The notes under the pieces are model-generated. The model saw only the letters and a program-made list of their open reading frames with translations, had not been told where the DNA came from and made no database searches. Below, in pieces: positions 27,651 to 40,600 of a DNA stretch of 64,000 nt (the first letter of the stretch is position 1; each line of letters begins with the position of its first letter). The translations under genes and the position numbers were made by a program. Origin of the DNA: Phoronis australis. Lineage: Eukaryota; Animalia; Phoronida. The DNA is taken from contig NMRA01000129.1 in NCBI GenBank assembly GCA_002633005.1, forward strand, positions 152,133 to 216,132, in the 5' to 3' direction.

Positions 27651-30600
27651 TACGAAGTTTTAAGAAATTACTCTTCTCGCCTAGTAGAATCTCCCTTTAA
27701 TGACGTCAGGCCAAGAACACCATGTTGTTTGGAAAATTGAGCACGGGAACCAGCGGTAAATAAGCAGGATAAGATGTACATTTCCCTTCTTTTCTTTGAG
27801 AAATCTTAAAACTATTCACACAATCCAGTTTGCCCTGGCTGAGGGATGGCCACGTATTGACATACCTTTTGTGGTGACAAATATGAAATTGCCGTTAGAT
27901 AATGAAACCATGTCCAAGTTTCCATTATATGAATTTTAAAGTAACGAATCGTTAAAATTTCTCGATGTACAAGAGATTGTGGGTATGAAAGAGTCTGTAT
28001 TTGTTAGTTTAGCCCGAGGTTGATCTGTGCTCGTCATCTCAGTTATTGTTTGATAATGAAAAGAGGTTGTCGGGTTTAAACGAATTCATCTCACGGCGCA
28101 ATAATGTCCAATAATTAAAATCGCCACCTCACTTTAAGCAGTAAAAATGTGCTACCTTTTATCGTTTGTTACATCCCAAGTCACCGACGACAGCGCCACA
28201 CGCTGCGAGGATGCGCTTTCAAAAATCGATATCATAACCGTCGTTTAAATAGAAAAGGTTGATATTAAATTCTCGTGTCAGTGCCGAAGCTGCCGACATA
28301 TTGTTCGAGTTAGGTCTCTACGCGGAAGGCGTGCCAGTCGCCGTCACAAAGGCAATACACGTAAAATCGTATGCTGTTCGCGACATTGATTAAAACGAGT
28401 CGGATATAATTTTTGTTTAACTGCCGCAATTGTCTAATATAAACACAGGGGATAGTAGCGATCGATCAAGTAGTCTTCTTGGATTTTCCTTATGACGTGA
28501 GTATTTTTCATTGTTAGAATAATATCATTGTCCACCGTTTGGTGCTGTACAGAGTCCATACACTTCGCGATTTTTCTTTCTTCTCTCGTTATGTTAGCCA
28601 GCTGCCTATTTGATAAAATTGACCAAATAAACTTTCTTTCATTATCTAACTACCATCATTTCACACTACCGTCTCCCAGCCTGAGGCGCCGTGTCTTTTT
28701 TACTGGCTAGTACATCCCGCATATCACGCGTTCATTTATTTTTCCGTCTTCTCCAAAACGTTACGTTTTATCTTCCCCCCAAACGCATCCTGTTTGATTT
28801 TAGTAACAATCTCAAATTTTTGCTGAAGAAATGACGGTACAATTGTTGCGTTCTTTTTCGTCACAGTCCTCGTCATCTCGCAGTCACGGCAGCCACACAT
28901 AGTTATTGACACAGCGTCACGTTGACCGATCCCGATGTTATCAAGCGTTAATAACACTTGTATGTAGTTTACAGCTTTCTCATTATGAGTGTGATTGATG
29001 GTAGCCTTCTCACTACGCTGCTCAGCCGTTCGCATTTAATTTTATCAGTTTTGAAGCCGGTCTGATGTTCAATTCTGAGTACACTATTCCACCCACAGAT
29101 CTGATCAGGAACAAACCCTTCGCACATGCAGAATGGGCCTTCCATTAAAAACGCTTCGCTTTCTGGTTTGCTTCGGAATGATTGATTGCTCTTCATTGCA
29201 TTAGGTGTCGCGAATATTTTATAGCCTCTAATGCCTACTGAAACGCGGCTGAGATAAAGTGGAGATGGTGAATTTTTATTAGTGTTTTGACAAAATTACG
29301 AAATTTGAAATCAAAATGTTTTAACAATTAGAAGTGGCACATTTCTATGAATTCAAACACCAGGTTTCACTTACACGAGTAAAAGATCGCTACAAGTTTG
29401 ATCCTAAGGTCTGTCTCTGTCTCTACTTCCCTGTGCCTGAAGTGACGTCATTCTGATCAAGGCGAAACCAGGGAGGCATACTGTACATTTTTGCTCATTA
29501 CATCTGCATGTTTGTATGGTCAGAAGCGATTCAAGACCAAGGTTTGTAAGCGCATACACACATTATAGACATTATATGCTGGTAACCGATAAGGCGACAT
29601 GTGTTCTACTTTATTATAAAAATCAATTACCCATTCTACACCTGAGTATCAAAACTACTCATATCTAGGACTAGAGAGCATAATACGGATCGAATATTTT
29701 AATTAAAATTTTATTTCACTATCTATCGTAGTTTTCACTGTGTCTCGATTTTAGAGCTGAATACTTGTACTGTTTATGGCCATGGTATGGATTCACTCAG
29801 GTTCACATTCATTTCGCGCTTACGGTGGCTGATAGCAACTTATCTACATGTCTGCGTTTCATACAGTTCGTTGCCGAGATGTCAAGCGACGAATTGACTT
29901 TATTCTTCAGTACAGATTATTAGCCTCGAGTTGTGCAGATACCGTAAATTGGCCTGTTACAAATGCGACTAAGATCTTTTTCGTTGCGTTAGAAACAGGA
30001 GCGAGTTAAATTCGTATGAATTGTGTATGGACTTAATCCAAACTACACTGTAATAGATGACAAACGGAAATTTGTTGTCACGTGACCATATGGTTATTGT
30101 TTCAACATGACTAAATATGACTGTTGTGAAGTTAGTTAGTGATAGTACAGTGTACGTATACATTTCAACCGCACACTTTACCTGTACTTTGAGTAACCCC
30201 GTAGTTAATGTTTACACAAAGCTTTTACCACCGCAAGATTTCCATAAAATGTATCTGGCCACTTTTACGTTTTAGTTGATGAATTTGTGTGCGCTCACGT
30301 TATTCAAATGCGAATTGTGTGTGACATGAAGTTGACGACGGTCATTATTTATTCGTAGCCGTAGGAATGTGTGTAAAAGATTATTCAAATTGCATCTGGC
30401 GATAACTCTTAATTTGTACCAACAGTTTACAATATACATTATGATATTCGGTTTATGTTTGTCATAAGCTAGATTAACATTCACTCTTATTCTGATTGTA
30501 TAAACTAATCATGCCTGATGTAAATACAATAAGTATGTCAAACATAAATCATCCAATCAGAATTCACCATCTAACTATATCTCTGATATTTTCCTATTTT

Positions 30601-31183
30601 CCTCGACCGATAAACGGTTAATGGTCGATGAATAGAATGAATAAGAATATTTTGGTGCACAGCACTGACTCACGGTCGATGTTATTCGAGAATTATAACT
30701 TGAATTCATATATGATTGGTTACGTTGACTTAACTTAGCAGTTATGTCACAAGTAATTGCATTATGTCGCACTTGTTCAACGATAGGGGGCTGCAGATTA
30801 AGTAAAGATTTTATATTTTGCTTGTTACGTTCTTACCTTGCATAGATTTTGAATTACCTCAGGCTGCAAACTGAAAACAATGGCTAGCAAGGTCCATTCA
30901 TATTAAAAACACTCTATTATCGAAAACTATTATTCAAGTTCAGATCGTGGCAGTACTACTACAACCATTCGGTTCCGTTCTCGAACAAATATTGTTCCAT
31001 ACTAACAAGTATCTCAAATAATAACTGACGCTGCGGAATAATGCTAGGACACCAGTTACTGTGGGCGATTGTTCGTTTCGTAGGTGGCGACTAGAACGGA
31101 TGACATCGCTAAAGTACAGTCATTTCATTAATTCAATAGAGACTAAATCACCAACCTTGGCTGAGTTCCGACGCGCCTGCATG

Positions 31184-31996
31184 CGTCCATTTACTCTGTA
31201 AGCCAATACTGCATTGTATTATCTCCCTTGCACCTAAATGTAACCGCATGCGGGCGTAAAAAGCATAAAATTATCTTGTAATATCGGATGTCGAAAGTAA
31301 TGTCAAGCGACCATTTTTTTGTTGATAGAGTATTTCATTTCTTCTGCTTCCCTTTATCGTATGTTATTTAGTTATCGCATTATTTTTGAACCGACTCACG
31401 AAATGCCCATATCCAGGACAAGACGTTGATAGACAGTTCTAGGTACCAAGTCAACTCGCGTAGATCACACAGACTCGCCAACAGGGCCGACCCGGATTAC
31501 ACGGCGATAGAACTCTCTTTTGTCCCGGAGATAAGAAAGCGGGTGACCTTGTTTTAGAAATCGTGTCTCATTGATGTCGGGAAGGAGAANCGTCCATTTA
31601 CTCTGTAAGCCAATGCTACATTGTATTATCTCCCTTGCACCTAAATGTAACCGCATGCGGGCGTAAAAAGCATAAAATTATCTTGTAATATCGGATGTCG
31701 AAAGTAATGTCAAGCGACCATTTTTTTGTTGATAGAGCATTTCATTTCTTCTGCTTCCCTTTATCGTATGTTATTTAGTTATCGCATTATTTTTGAACCG
31801 ACTCACGAAATGCCCATATCCAGGACAAGACGTTGATAGACAGTTCTAGGTACCAAGTCAACTCGCGTAGATCACACAGACTCGCCAACAGGGCCGACCC
31901 GGATTACACGGCGATAGAACTCTCTTTTGTCCCGGAGATAAGAAAGCGGGTGACCTTGTTTTAGAAATCGTGTCTCATTGATGTCGGGAAGGAGAA
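31184..31996. repeat. 406-bp tandem duplicate (31184-31589 / 31591-31996) joined at a single N; probable assembly artefact
   Basis: The N at 31590 is at the junction and the copies differ by about 3 substitutions. Confidence 0.9.
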
Positions 31997-32092
31997 GAAT
32001 TTCAGATCCCGCATCCATGGGTATTTGTCCAGTCTATCAAACTTTCTCACGTCGGAGTTACAGCCCGAAGCAGAGCAGTAATACTTCGTCAG
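31961..32092 (-). pseudogene. Truncated THAP zinc-finger N-terminus, probably a transposon gene remnant
   Basis: LTKYYCSASGCNSD...KYPWMRDLKFFSFP matches the THAP opening pattern CxxxxC...F.FP. It has no ATG at the expected start and stops before the conserved W and CSxHF. Confidence 0.55.
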
Positions 32093-32526
32093 CGTTATAA
32101 AGACGAATAGAGTAATGCAATCGAGAAAAATTTGTAAAGAAAAAGACAACAGCAAATTACATGTGAAACTCCAGCGGCACGAAAACGAGGTAGCAAATGT
32201 GCCTGACGGATGTTTACGGCATTGTGGGTAAATACAGCGAGATTCGAGTGGCTGTGTAATATCCGGGACGGCCCTATTGGTGGCTGTGCATGCGTTCCTT
32301 CGCAGCGCCCTCGTGTGATCACAAGTTCTGAACCAAGGCATGGATAATGTTTTGTCTTGCAAACTGTGATCCACAAAATGGCTTTACCGGCCTTGATTAA
32401 ACTACTCTTTCACTGTGATTAAGCCTACAGTAATTTTCCTTTATCAAACTTTTCTCTCAGGGGTGATTTTAACCATAATAGTATAGTATGCATTTTGGTG
32501 CTCTCCCACTTCTACCGATAAGATGC

Positions 32527-34013
32527 TAAAATATGCAAAACTGGCACTTTTCAGTCCAGAATTATCACTTCTCAGTCAATGTCCACAGGACACGAATTAA
32601 CACTAGATTTGGCAACTTTAATACAGAGTACACAAATGTGGTCCACAAGTATTGTTAGTAAATTCCATCAGATTGCAAATCTGTTATTTTTTGTGCCAGG
32701 GGCTACCTGAAATCGCAGCAAATTCCTCAGTCACTGTACTACAATGCAACACCCGTCATTTTGAAAAAAATGTAATCTGCAGCCAAACTGGCGGACTTTT
32801 CTGCTTTACAAAACGTACAACGTACAAGCAATTGAGACTCAGGTCACCTGTTAGCAATGCATACCTCAAAACCGCCACGTCACCTGGCCAACCCCCCGAA
32901 CTTTTGTCTTGGGATTGGCCACGACCACAGCTCTAACCCTACAGTGTCGCCTTGTTCACACTGACAGTTATGCCTCCTTCATGGGTTCGAAAGAAACAGA
33001 AATACGATTATTATGCCACGATCGGAATGACATGAGGAGAATAGCAATCTTGGGAGAGCTCGTTGTTTTACACATATTTGTTAATTACAAGCTATGACGC
33101 GCAATAACTCTGACTTGCTAACTGGACAAATTATAGTAATGTGTCAATTTAACTCTCAGCAATTACACAAATGCGATATTCCTCATAAGTGACGTGTGTG
33201 TTTAAACTAAAACGCTTGTGTTGGCGCCGTTCTGCTAAAAGAAATTTTTATTAGAGACAAAATCCACGTTCTTTGCTCCCCGCAAACCGCCGCGAAACAG
33301 TTGTTTAGTAATCAAGTGAATGCCTGTGCTGTAGTACTTAGCTTCAAAGTGAAGGAGGCACAGAACAGTTCTCACTGGGTTTTGCCTAGCAAAACACACA
33401 TCACTTGATTTGTAACCTTTTCTTCACTCTGTCAAAAACAGGATGCAAAGAATGGCATGTTTTCAATTATTTCACATAAAAAGCCCAGCAGATGAGCACA
33501 GAAACTTTATTCTTTCTTGTATTTTTGACCATTTCATTCCCACTGACAACCAAGCTAGACTAAGAAAAATAAGGGCAAAAAAATGCAAAATCGGCACTTT
33601 TCACCGGAAAAACACCACTTCCCTGCCGATGCACGACTAAAACCAAACTTAGAGTCTGAAAGCAAATTTCCTACCGATTCAGAAAATGTGGTCCAAAAGT
33701 ACTGTCAACCAACTAGTTTTTTTGCAATTCTTGCTTGTTTGAGGGCTACCTAAAATCACAGCCAATTTCTCGGTCGCTACCCAACAATGCACAATTGCAG
33801 CCGGGGGCCGCCATCTTGAAGAAGAGTGCAGCTACAGCCAAGAAAGTGGCCTTTTTTTATTCACAGCATGTTCACAAATACAAACAAACCACATTCACTG
33901 AGCCTACGTGCAATGCCCACCTACAAAATGCCCCAAAACTTGGCCTACCCCAAAATTTCTATATTTTGGCAGTGCAAATTGGCCGCGGCCGCAGCCTAAC
34001 TATTCAGTGCCAC
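32527..34013 (+). repeat. Two diverged ~430-bp direct repeats (32527-32950 and ~33578-34013)
   Basis: Collinear shared blocks: atgcaaaa..ggcactttt, aaatgtggtcca.aagta.tgt, gggctacct.aaatc.cagc.aatt.ctc.gtc, gcaatgc..acct, attggcc.cg.cc.cagc. Confidence 0.75.
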
Positions 34014-34680
34014 CGAACACAAAACAATGACTGTTGGTCAGTTTGGGTTCATTTCAACACCTAACCATTCCTGGAGATGCTAATGTAATCTAAGGCTGTG
34101 GTATTTGGCCGCAGTCGGCGTAGAAGGAAGCGCACCAGGGTGAACAGTGTTCGTAGCATATTTTTCACAGAACTTCTCACCCCTGGGAATTAAGGGTTGT
34201 CAGTGTTCAGACATACTAGTACTGTTTCACCCACGCAGACTGTGTTATCTTCATTGGCTGCTAGTCTCATGAAGACTTATGGCTGGCCTTGAAACTGATG
34301 CCGGATGTGATCGTTGATACCGACAGCTTCTTGCCCAAAATTGTAAGTAGTCAATCAAACGCGGTGTCACACCCAAGAACACATAGTCCTCTCTGCTTTG
34401 TTAGTCATTGTATTCATCAAACACTAATAGCATCATGTTCCTGCATGTCATTCTTAGGCGTGATATCGCATGTAGTGTTTACGGTTTGGGCAAGAAATAT
34501 CAATCTCAAGGATCGAATCTGTCATTTTCAAGATCAGGTAAAGTTTTCCATGACCCAGATAGCCAAAAAAGACACCATCTGCTGGTGAAACTGCCTTAGT
34601 TTGTAAGACATTGGTAACCTTCACCATGATAACACTGTCCACGGGTACGAAAAACTCCGTGTGAAATCTGCAACAAGCAC

Positions 34681-34836
34681 CAGTGCTGTAGTGGGGCGTA
34701 GGCGCCCGTAGGCGCAGCCAACCACCTTTTGGCATTTGAGGGCAGCGCCTATGCACCGTAAGTTACGTCCAGTGCTCAAAGTGATACGGTGGGCTTTGGG
34801 CGCCTACTTACCTCTAATTTTACCACTAGAGCACTG
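34681..34836. mobile_element. hAT-superfamily MITE with a perfect 8-bp TSD
   Basis: TIRs cagtgctgtagtgg / ccactagagcactg. The direct repeat acaagcac flanks it at 34673-34680 and 34837-34844. Confidence 0.9.
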
Positions 34837-35236
34837 ACAAGCACCATGTCAGTTCACCCTTGTGAACGATGCTTTCAACTGAATTCCTGTCCGTTTCATG
34901 GATATTTGGTTCTACGCTAAATATTTTTAAACAATTAAGAAAACTCATTTCAGTAAAAGGGCAAAGTATCTAAGAATATACCAATAAACTGCTATTTACT
35001 TTACAAAATATTTCCAGGCAGTGTGCTAATAGTGACATGACAACACTTTCGTTTGGTAATTTCAAAGTGTCGGTGGGAGTAAGCTAGACCTCAAGTTATA
35101 GGTTGAAATGTCTTTTATGTGCAAGGAAATTACTGCCCCTCACAGATCCCTGGAAATCGCTGTTGTGGTTGCAAGCATTGTTACAATGTTTGAAGTTATA
35201 TGTGTAGTTTCGTAAGATATGTCACCGTACGGTACC

Positions 35237-35497
35237 CATGCGCGCACCCAGGAGGGGGGCTCGGGGGCTCGAAAGACCCCCCCCCCCCCTTNCCCATTTG
35301 GCGAAGTGGGCAAAAAGGTCCGCGCCTGGAGACAAAAAGTCGGAAAAAAATGGGGCAAAGGTCCACTAAATTAGCGCAAACGCGCACTTCGCAGTGGTGT
35401 TCCCATTTTCTTTTTAGTCCGCCCGCTCTTTTGTTAGCATTAGGTCCACAACGTCAGGAATTCGAGCCCCCCATATTGAACGCAGGGTGCGCGCATG
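35237..35497. mobile_element. GC-rich MITE (hAT-like), family C; relatives at 45384-45523 and ~56911-57087
   Basis: TIRs catgcgcgcaccc / gggtgcgcgcatg, with internal aaaggtcc(g/a)c repeats shared among copies. Contains an N at 35292 beside a poly-C run. Confidence 0.8.
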
Positions 35498-35829
35498 GAA
35501 CCCATAAAGTTTCAAGGCTTATGACACGAAAATGATGTTTGATCGTGTAGGTTGAATACCCAACACGACCCGTGTCGAAATGTTTCATGGTTAGTGACGG
35601 TACTTCTTACTTATAAGATTTTGTCAGAAATTTTCAAATTTCCTTCAATCTTTTGAGAGTTGACAAGGTTTATAGAGTATCATTTTGCTTTAGAAAGCTT
35701 GATGAAAAGGTCGTTTTTAATACATGTTATTGCATTTTCATTAAGCTTTATAACTAAAAACCTGTCTTCCGTCAAAATGTTTTAGACTACTTTATTACCG
35801 TTGTGTTCTCAAGTTTGATATTCTAGCGA

Positions 35830-35992
35830 GCCTGCCTCCCGTTCAGTAACACTAGGACCTCGCTAAAAAGCAAGACTTCGCGAGATTATGTGAGATATTT
35901 TGCCGTGCATTTCTAACGAGAACACGTGACTTTGACTAGGTTTTAGCTAGGTCCTAGCGTAGGTCCTTGCGTCTACTGAACGCACGCCTGGC
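35830..35992. mobile_element. Small MITE family D (cttcgcgagatta core); relatives at 41754-41888 and ~45090-45160
   Basis: Imperfect TIRs gcctgcctcccgttcagtaacactaggacct / aggtccttgcgtctactgaacgcacgcctggc. Confidence 0.65.
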
Positions 35993-37587
35993 CTGCAATC
36001 AAGAAGTACCAAAATACCTTCACATAGGAACGCATGGATACTCTGTGTCTAAGGGAATATTGTGAAGTTTCGCTAGAAGTATAAATGTTTGATATTACAT
36101 GATATTTGCAAAATTTTACCATGTATATGTATATTACCCATGACGTAAAACAACATTTTTTTCTACTGCGTACTGGAAATCATTATGCTAATTTTTCTCA
36201 TTTTACCTAACCTGGTATCCTATTTCTTACGTTATTACCGTATATAATATGCATTGTGTTAATGTTTAGAAAGTATGTAATATCCCACATAACGTCTGGC
36301 ATCTCTGTATATGTGCAAGGCAAAACTGTTACCCTTCTCGAAAAGGTATTTGTATTAGATATTCTTACGCTTTTGGTATGTCATAGAACAGCTCAAGAAG
36401 TTTTATTTATTTGATATTCCATTTAGTGTTATTTTGACCTTTTACGGAAAGCGAAAATCGATGCGTGCGCATCCGAGAACGTAGATACGGGTTGTCCAAT
36501 CTCAACTGCTGAACGTATCACGCAGGCGATTGTCTGCTCGGTAAGTTGGCAGTTGGTTTTGGATAGATGCAATCTGTTTCCACGCATCTATGGTAAATTG
36601 AACTTTTGGTTACTTGAGATTCCACTAAAATGAAATGGTTTCTGTAGATCGTTTATGTAGGTCTTACAGCGGTGCTATTAGTGGGTGACAGATATTCCAC
36701 AATCTTTTGTGTTTATGAAGCCCCACGCTATGCAAACTGTTTTGAGATGCTCCTTTATTTCACCCAGTCTTTAGATTACCTGGTAAAGAACTAGCCTTGC
36801 GAACGCCATCACAGGCTTGAAACTGTCGTCTGTTCGAACTGATGCAAGCCAGTTTATGATCACGTGCGCAAGGTAGACAACGAAGATCGTAATTTACTGC
36901 AGATAACGTACGCTGTATTTTATATTCAGACTTGTTCTTTCTCAAGAGGATTTACTATCGGTCACTGTTAGACATCACATTTGTCTTTCTTACCACTGTC
37001 TACGATTGTGAGAGATCAACTCTCCCTCAGGAATTATGGATGTTTTGATGAGTTACCGTCACAACGGTTCCCTTAAGAGAAATGTATGGAAGGTTAGGCT
37101 TTTTCTTCTAATAGAAACATTTATTTCATTATGAAATATGCCTTTTGCACTTTTTAAAGCAATACATAAGAACGTTAGGCTTGTGTGCAAATCACGTTTT
37201 GCAAGCGTGTGCGTTCAAACCGAGGCTGGTTATGTTCGTCTCTTGAGCTTTCCTCGTCAACGCGTCAGGATAATGACGGCCTTGCTGAACAATTCTAATC
37301 ATATATTATTTACATTTGCTTGTAACCGATTATCGCATTACATTAATGGGTGATTTTAAAACTACTCGTTTTATTAGTTATTGTAGATTAATGGACGCAG
37401 CTGATCGGAAGCCATTAATTCAATGATGAACAGACCTCGTTGAGTTATTCGTGTACCGTACTCATATAGAAGCGAGACAAAATACAGCGACATTATGAAA
37501 GAAACATGACAACGGCCGGTGCAATTCCGTCGTTGCACTCTCTTGCGAGCGAAACTGGAGTCGACTACAACACCCGCGGCAACTCAT

Positions 37588-38971
37588 ATGGTTAAACTAT
37601 TGTTCTATGCATGTGAATTTGTCAGAATGTCGATGGTGTTCAACAACTCTACAGATAAACCTGCCGTGAAGTACCAGCCGTGTTCTAGCAAAGGCACGGA
37701 TGATGAGCTGGAGGAAATCTCAATCGTGCAGGACTCCTCCAGGCCAGCTAGCACTGAGACGTATCATCGCACCAGCAACGGCCCCAACGCTGCACTGTGC
37801 GGCAGTCTAAATAAAACTGGAAAACCAAATCATAGTGTCAAAACCAAGGTAATTGGCGAACGCTTGAGTTCCGCTGGAACGGTGAATCTCTCTTCACCTT
37901 ATTACGCTGGGAAGGTAATTGAACAAAGAGCCCTTCATCGCAAGACGTCTTCCCAAAAGAGTCTTTTTGACTCTATTTCAAACAAGATCGACCGCGTTAC
38001 AAGCCGAAGAAGGACACATTCCAAAGAGGAGTTAGCTTTCTTAAACGCTCACCTTGGTTCGAAGGAACCCGTTACACCCAAATGTATGAAAAAACAAAGG
38101 CGAAAAGAAATTCAAGAAAAGTTTGGAAAGAAACAAAGATTTGAAAAAGTTGAAAATCAAACTTCAATGATTGACAATAAAGATGGTTGTCGCTGGACGT
38201 TCGTCTTCGATCCAGCTGGTCGACTGTGCTATTGGTGGTCGTCCATTGTGAGTATCGCATTTTTGTACAATTTTTGGATTATCATTTACAGATATGCGTT
38301 TAATGAAATCGACAAAGATTCCATGGCGTTGTGGTTTACGTTAGATTACATAGCAGACCTATTGTACATCTTAGACATCGTGGTGCATTTCCGAACGGGT
38401 TTCTTAGAAGAAGGCGTTTTACAGACTTCTCCAAGGAAGATGAGACTTCACTATATGAACTCCTCCACGTTTTATATCGACTGTCTCTGTCTACTTCCGT
38501 TGGATTTTATGTATCTCTCCATCGGGTTCAAATCTCTTTTGCGATGCTTTCGTTTAGTAAAAATTTACAGATTTTGGGCGTTCTTGGATAGAACAGAGCG
38601 CCACACGAATTATCCGAACGCAGTTCGAACCGCCAGCCTGTTGCATTATTTGTTTGCGATATTTCACTGGAATGCCTGCTTTATCTATCTTGTGGCAGAG
38701 AAAACGCAGGATACGTATGCTTTACTGGACAAGGACGTCCGATTCAGTGATAGGGGATCTCTCATTGTGTACCTCGAAACGCTGTACTGGAGCACGTTTG
38801 CGCTGATAACAATAGGGGAGCTACCGAAACCGGAAGCAGTGGCTGGCCGTGAGTGGCAATTTGTCTTCATCATCGTAGAGCTGGTGGTGGCGCTACTGTT
38901 GTTTGCCACTGTTCTCGGACACATTGCCAACATCGTTGCGAACGTCAGCGCAGCGAGAAAGGAGTTTCAAG
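37588..38971 (+). CDS. CNG cation channel alpha-type subunit, coding exon 1 (N-terminus, S1-S6, pore)
   Basis: The 495-aa ORF contains FVFDPAGRLCYWW (pre-S1), S4 LLRCFRLVKIYRF, DRTERHTNYPN, pore YWSTFALITIGELPKP and S6 FATVLGHIANIVANVSAARKEFQ. Donor is CAAG|gtaagc at 38971/38972. The start is uncertain: first in-frame ATG is 37588, alternatives are 37627 and 37633 after a possible acceptor tttgtcag ending 37625. Confidence 0.95.
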
Positions 38972-40011
38972 GTAAGCAGTATTTGTACCACTTACAATCT
39001 TCATGATGTGACATGGAAGGATCCAGGGATAAGTGTTTGGGTACTTGAAGGGACATCTTTGAGCATTGTTGGGCCTACATTTACGAGCATTGATACATAG
39101 AGATACAGAATACAGAGGCTTTATTTTTGGCCCCCAGTCCTTTACGATGTCCTGGATCTGTTAGCATGCCTTACTCCTTCTGTATTTCAAATGCCATCCA
39201 CTTTTTGCTCACCCCGGTTTTACTTGAGTTCATTGTTTTTATTACTTGGACGAAAGTCAATAGTTACTGTAATTAATAATTAATATGTAATTAAAAATGT
39301 GGAAATCAAAAGAGGCCAACAATGTTAACATATTTTGAACAGAGGGAACGAATGAGTGCTTGCTTATCACCGTGGAGGCCATCATGTCACTCCAGTGCGC
39401 ATACGGAAGAAAGTGCATGGCGGCCGGAAGTTCACGGAATGCTCTCAAAACCTCTATTTTTTTCTCAACATCAAATAGGCATTGGTCTACACAACACTTT
39501 AATGACCAGCATGTACCTGCATTGTGTAACCAATCAATGCAACTTAAAACGGCCATGTCACAGAAAGACATAAACAGGTCAATCAAATGTTCGCGATACA
39601 TTTTCCTTTCTTTCGCATGCCGTAGATTATTGTGTCATCGATACTAGTAATGGGGTAACTTGGGAGGAATATGAGTCTCTTGATAGTGCTACTTGATCCC
39701 TCGTACAGGCGCTGAAATCAAGAAAATATACGTATATTATTGTCTCCGAAATCAGTTAGTGTGCAAACAACTGCCATTGTTGACTACAGTATAAATGCTT
39801 ATACTTTTTAATTTTAGACACTGAGACGTGTCAGAAAAGGGGAAATTTTCTCATCTTTTATTTCATGTTGAGTCTGAAAGCATTTTACTTAAGAAAGTAT
39901 TTCCGTTACGTGAGGAACCCTGAACCCGCTGAAAGTTTAAAGTTATGGACCTGAACCCGAGTTGGACAATTATTAGTGTTAAGGGTTCGGAAGTGAAGAC
40001 TGTTTGCAGAT

Positions 40012-40600
40012 TTTTCTCTCACCCTTCCTCCCTTCCTCTCTCAGTCCCCACCTTCCTGTCTTCCTTCGTGCTTGACTAACTTCTTGGCTTCCTTCCTGCC
40101 CCTTACTTTCCTCCCCGTCTTCCTCCCGCCCTTCCTGCCGTCGTTCGTGTCTGAATAACTTCTTGTCTTTCTTCCTGCCCCCCGCCTATCTTCTTCCCTC
40201 CCTACCCGCCTTCTTGCCTTCGTTCGTGCCTAACTTCCTGAATTTCTACCTGCCTCTCTTCTTGCCTTCCTCCGTGACTTCCTTTCATCCTTCGTGAACT
40301 ACTATCTTTCTATCTTTCTCGCTGCCTCCCTTCCTCTCACCCCATCTTTCTCCTTCCCTCCTTTCCTCCCTCTCCGCCTGCCTTCCTGTTTGAATATTCT
40401 TGCTTCCCAGCCTTCTCTTTGTGTCTCTCCTTGCTTTTCTTCTGCCTCATTGCGTTCCTCCCATCTTTCCTGACTACCTGTCTTTCTGTCTACCTCCTTG
40501 CCTGTATCCCTGCCTGCCTCGATCCCCAGTGCCTCTTCCCTCACTTCCTCCGTGCCGCCCAGACACCTGCCTTCATAACTCCCTCCCTTCCTCTCTCGTT
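40012..40600 (+). repeat. ~590-bp pyrimidine-rich low-complexity tract (degenerate cttc/cctt repeats) in intron 1
   Basis: Strong C/T bias with recurring ttcgtg...aacttc.tg units. Confidence 0.85.

Noticed and set aside
28177-28197. RE1/NRSE-like site (caccgacgacagcgcc)
   Set aside because: Only 13/21 positions match and the left half-site is poor.
37519-37587. GTG-initiated N-terminal extension in the ORF track
   Set aside because: It reflects prokaryotic start-codon rules. The first in-frame ATG is at 37588.
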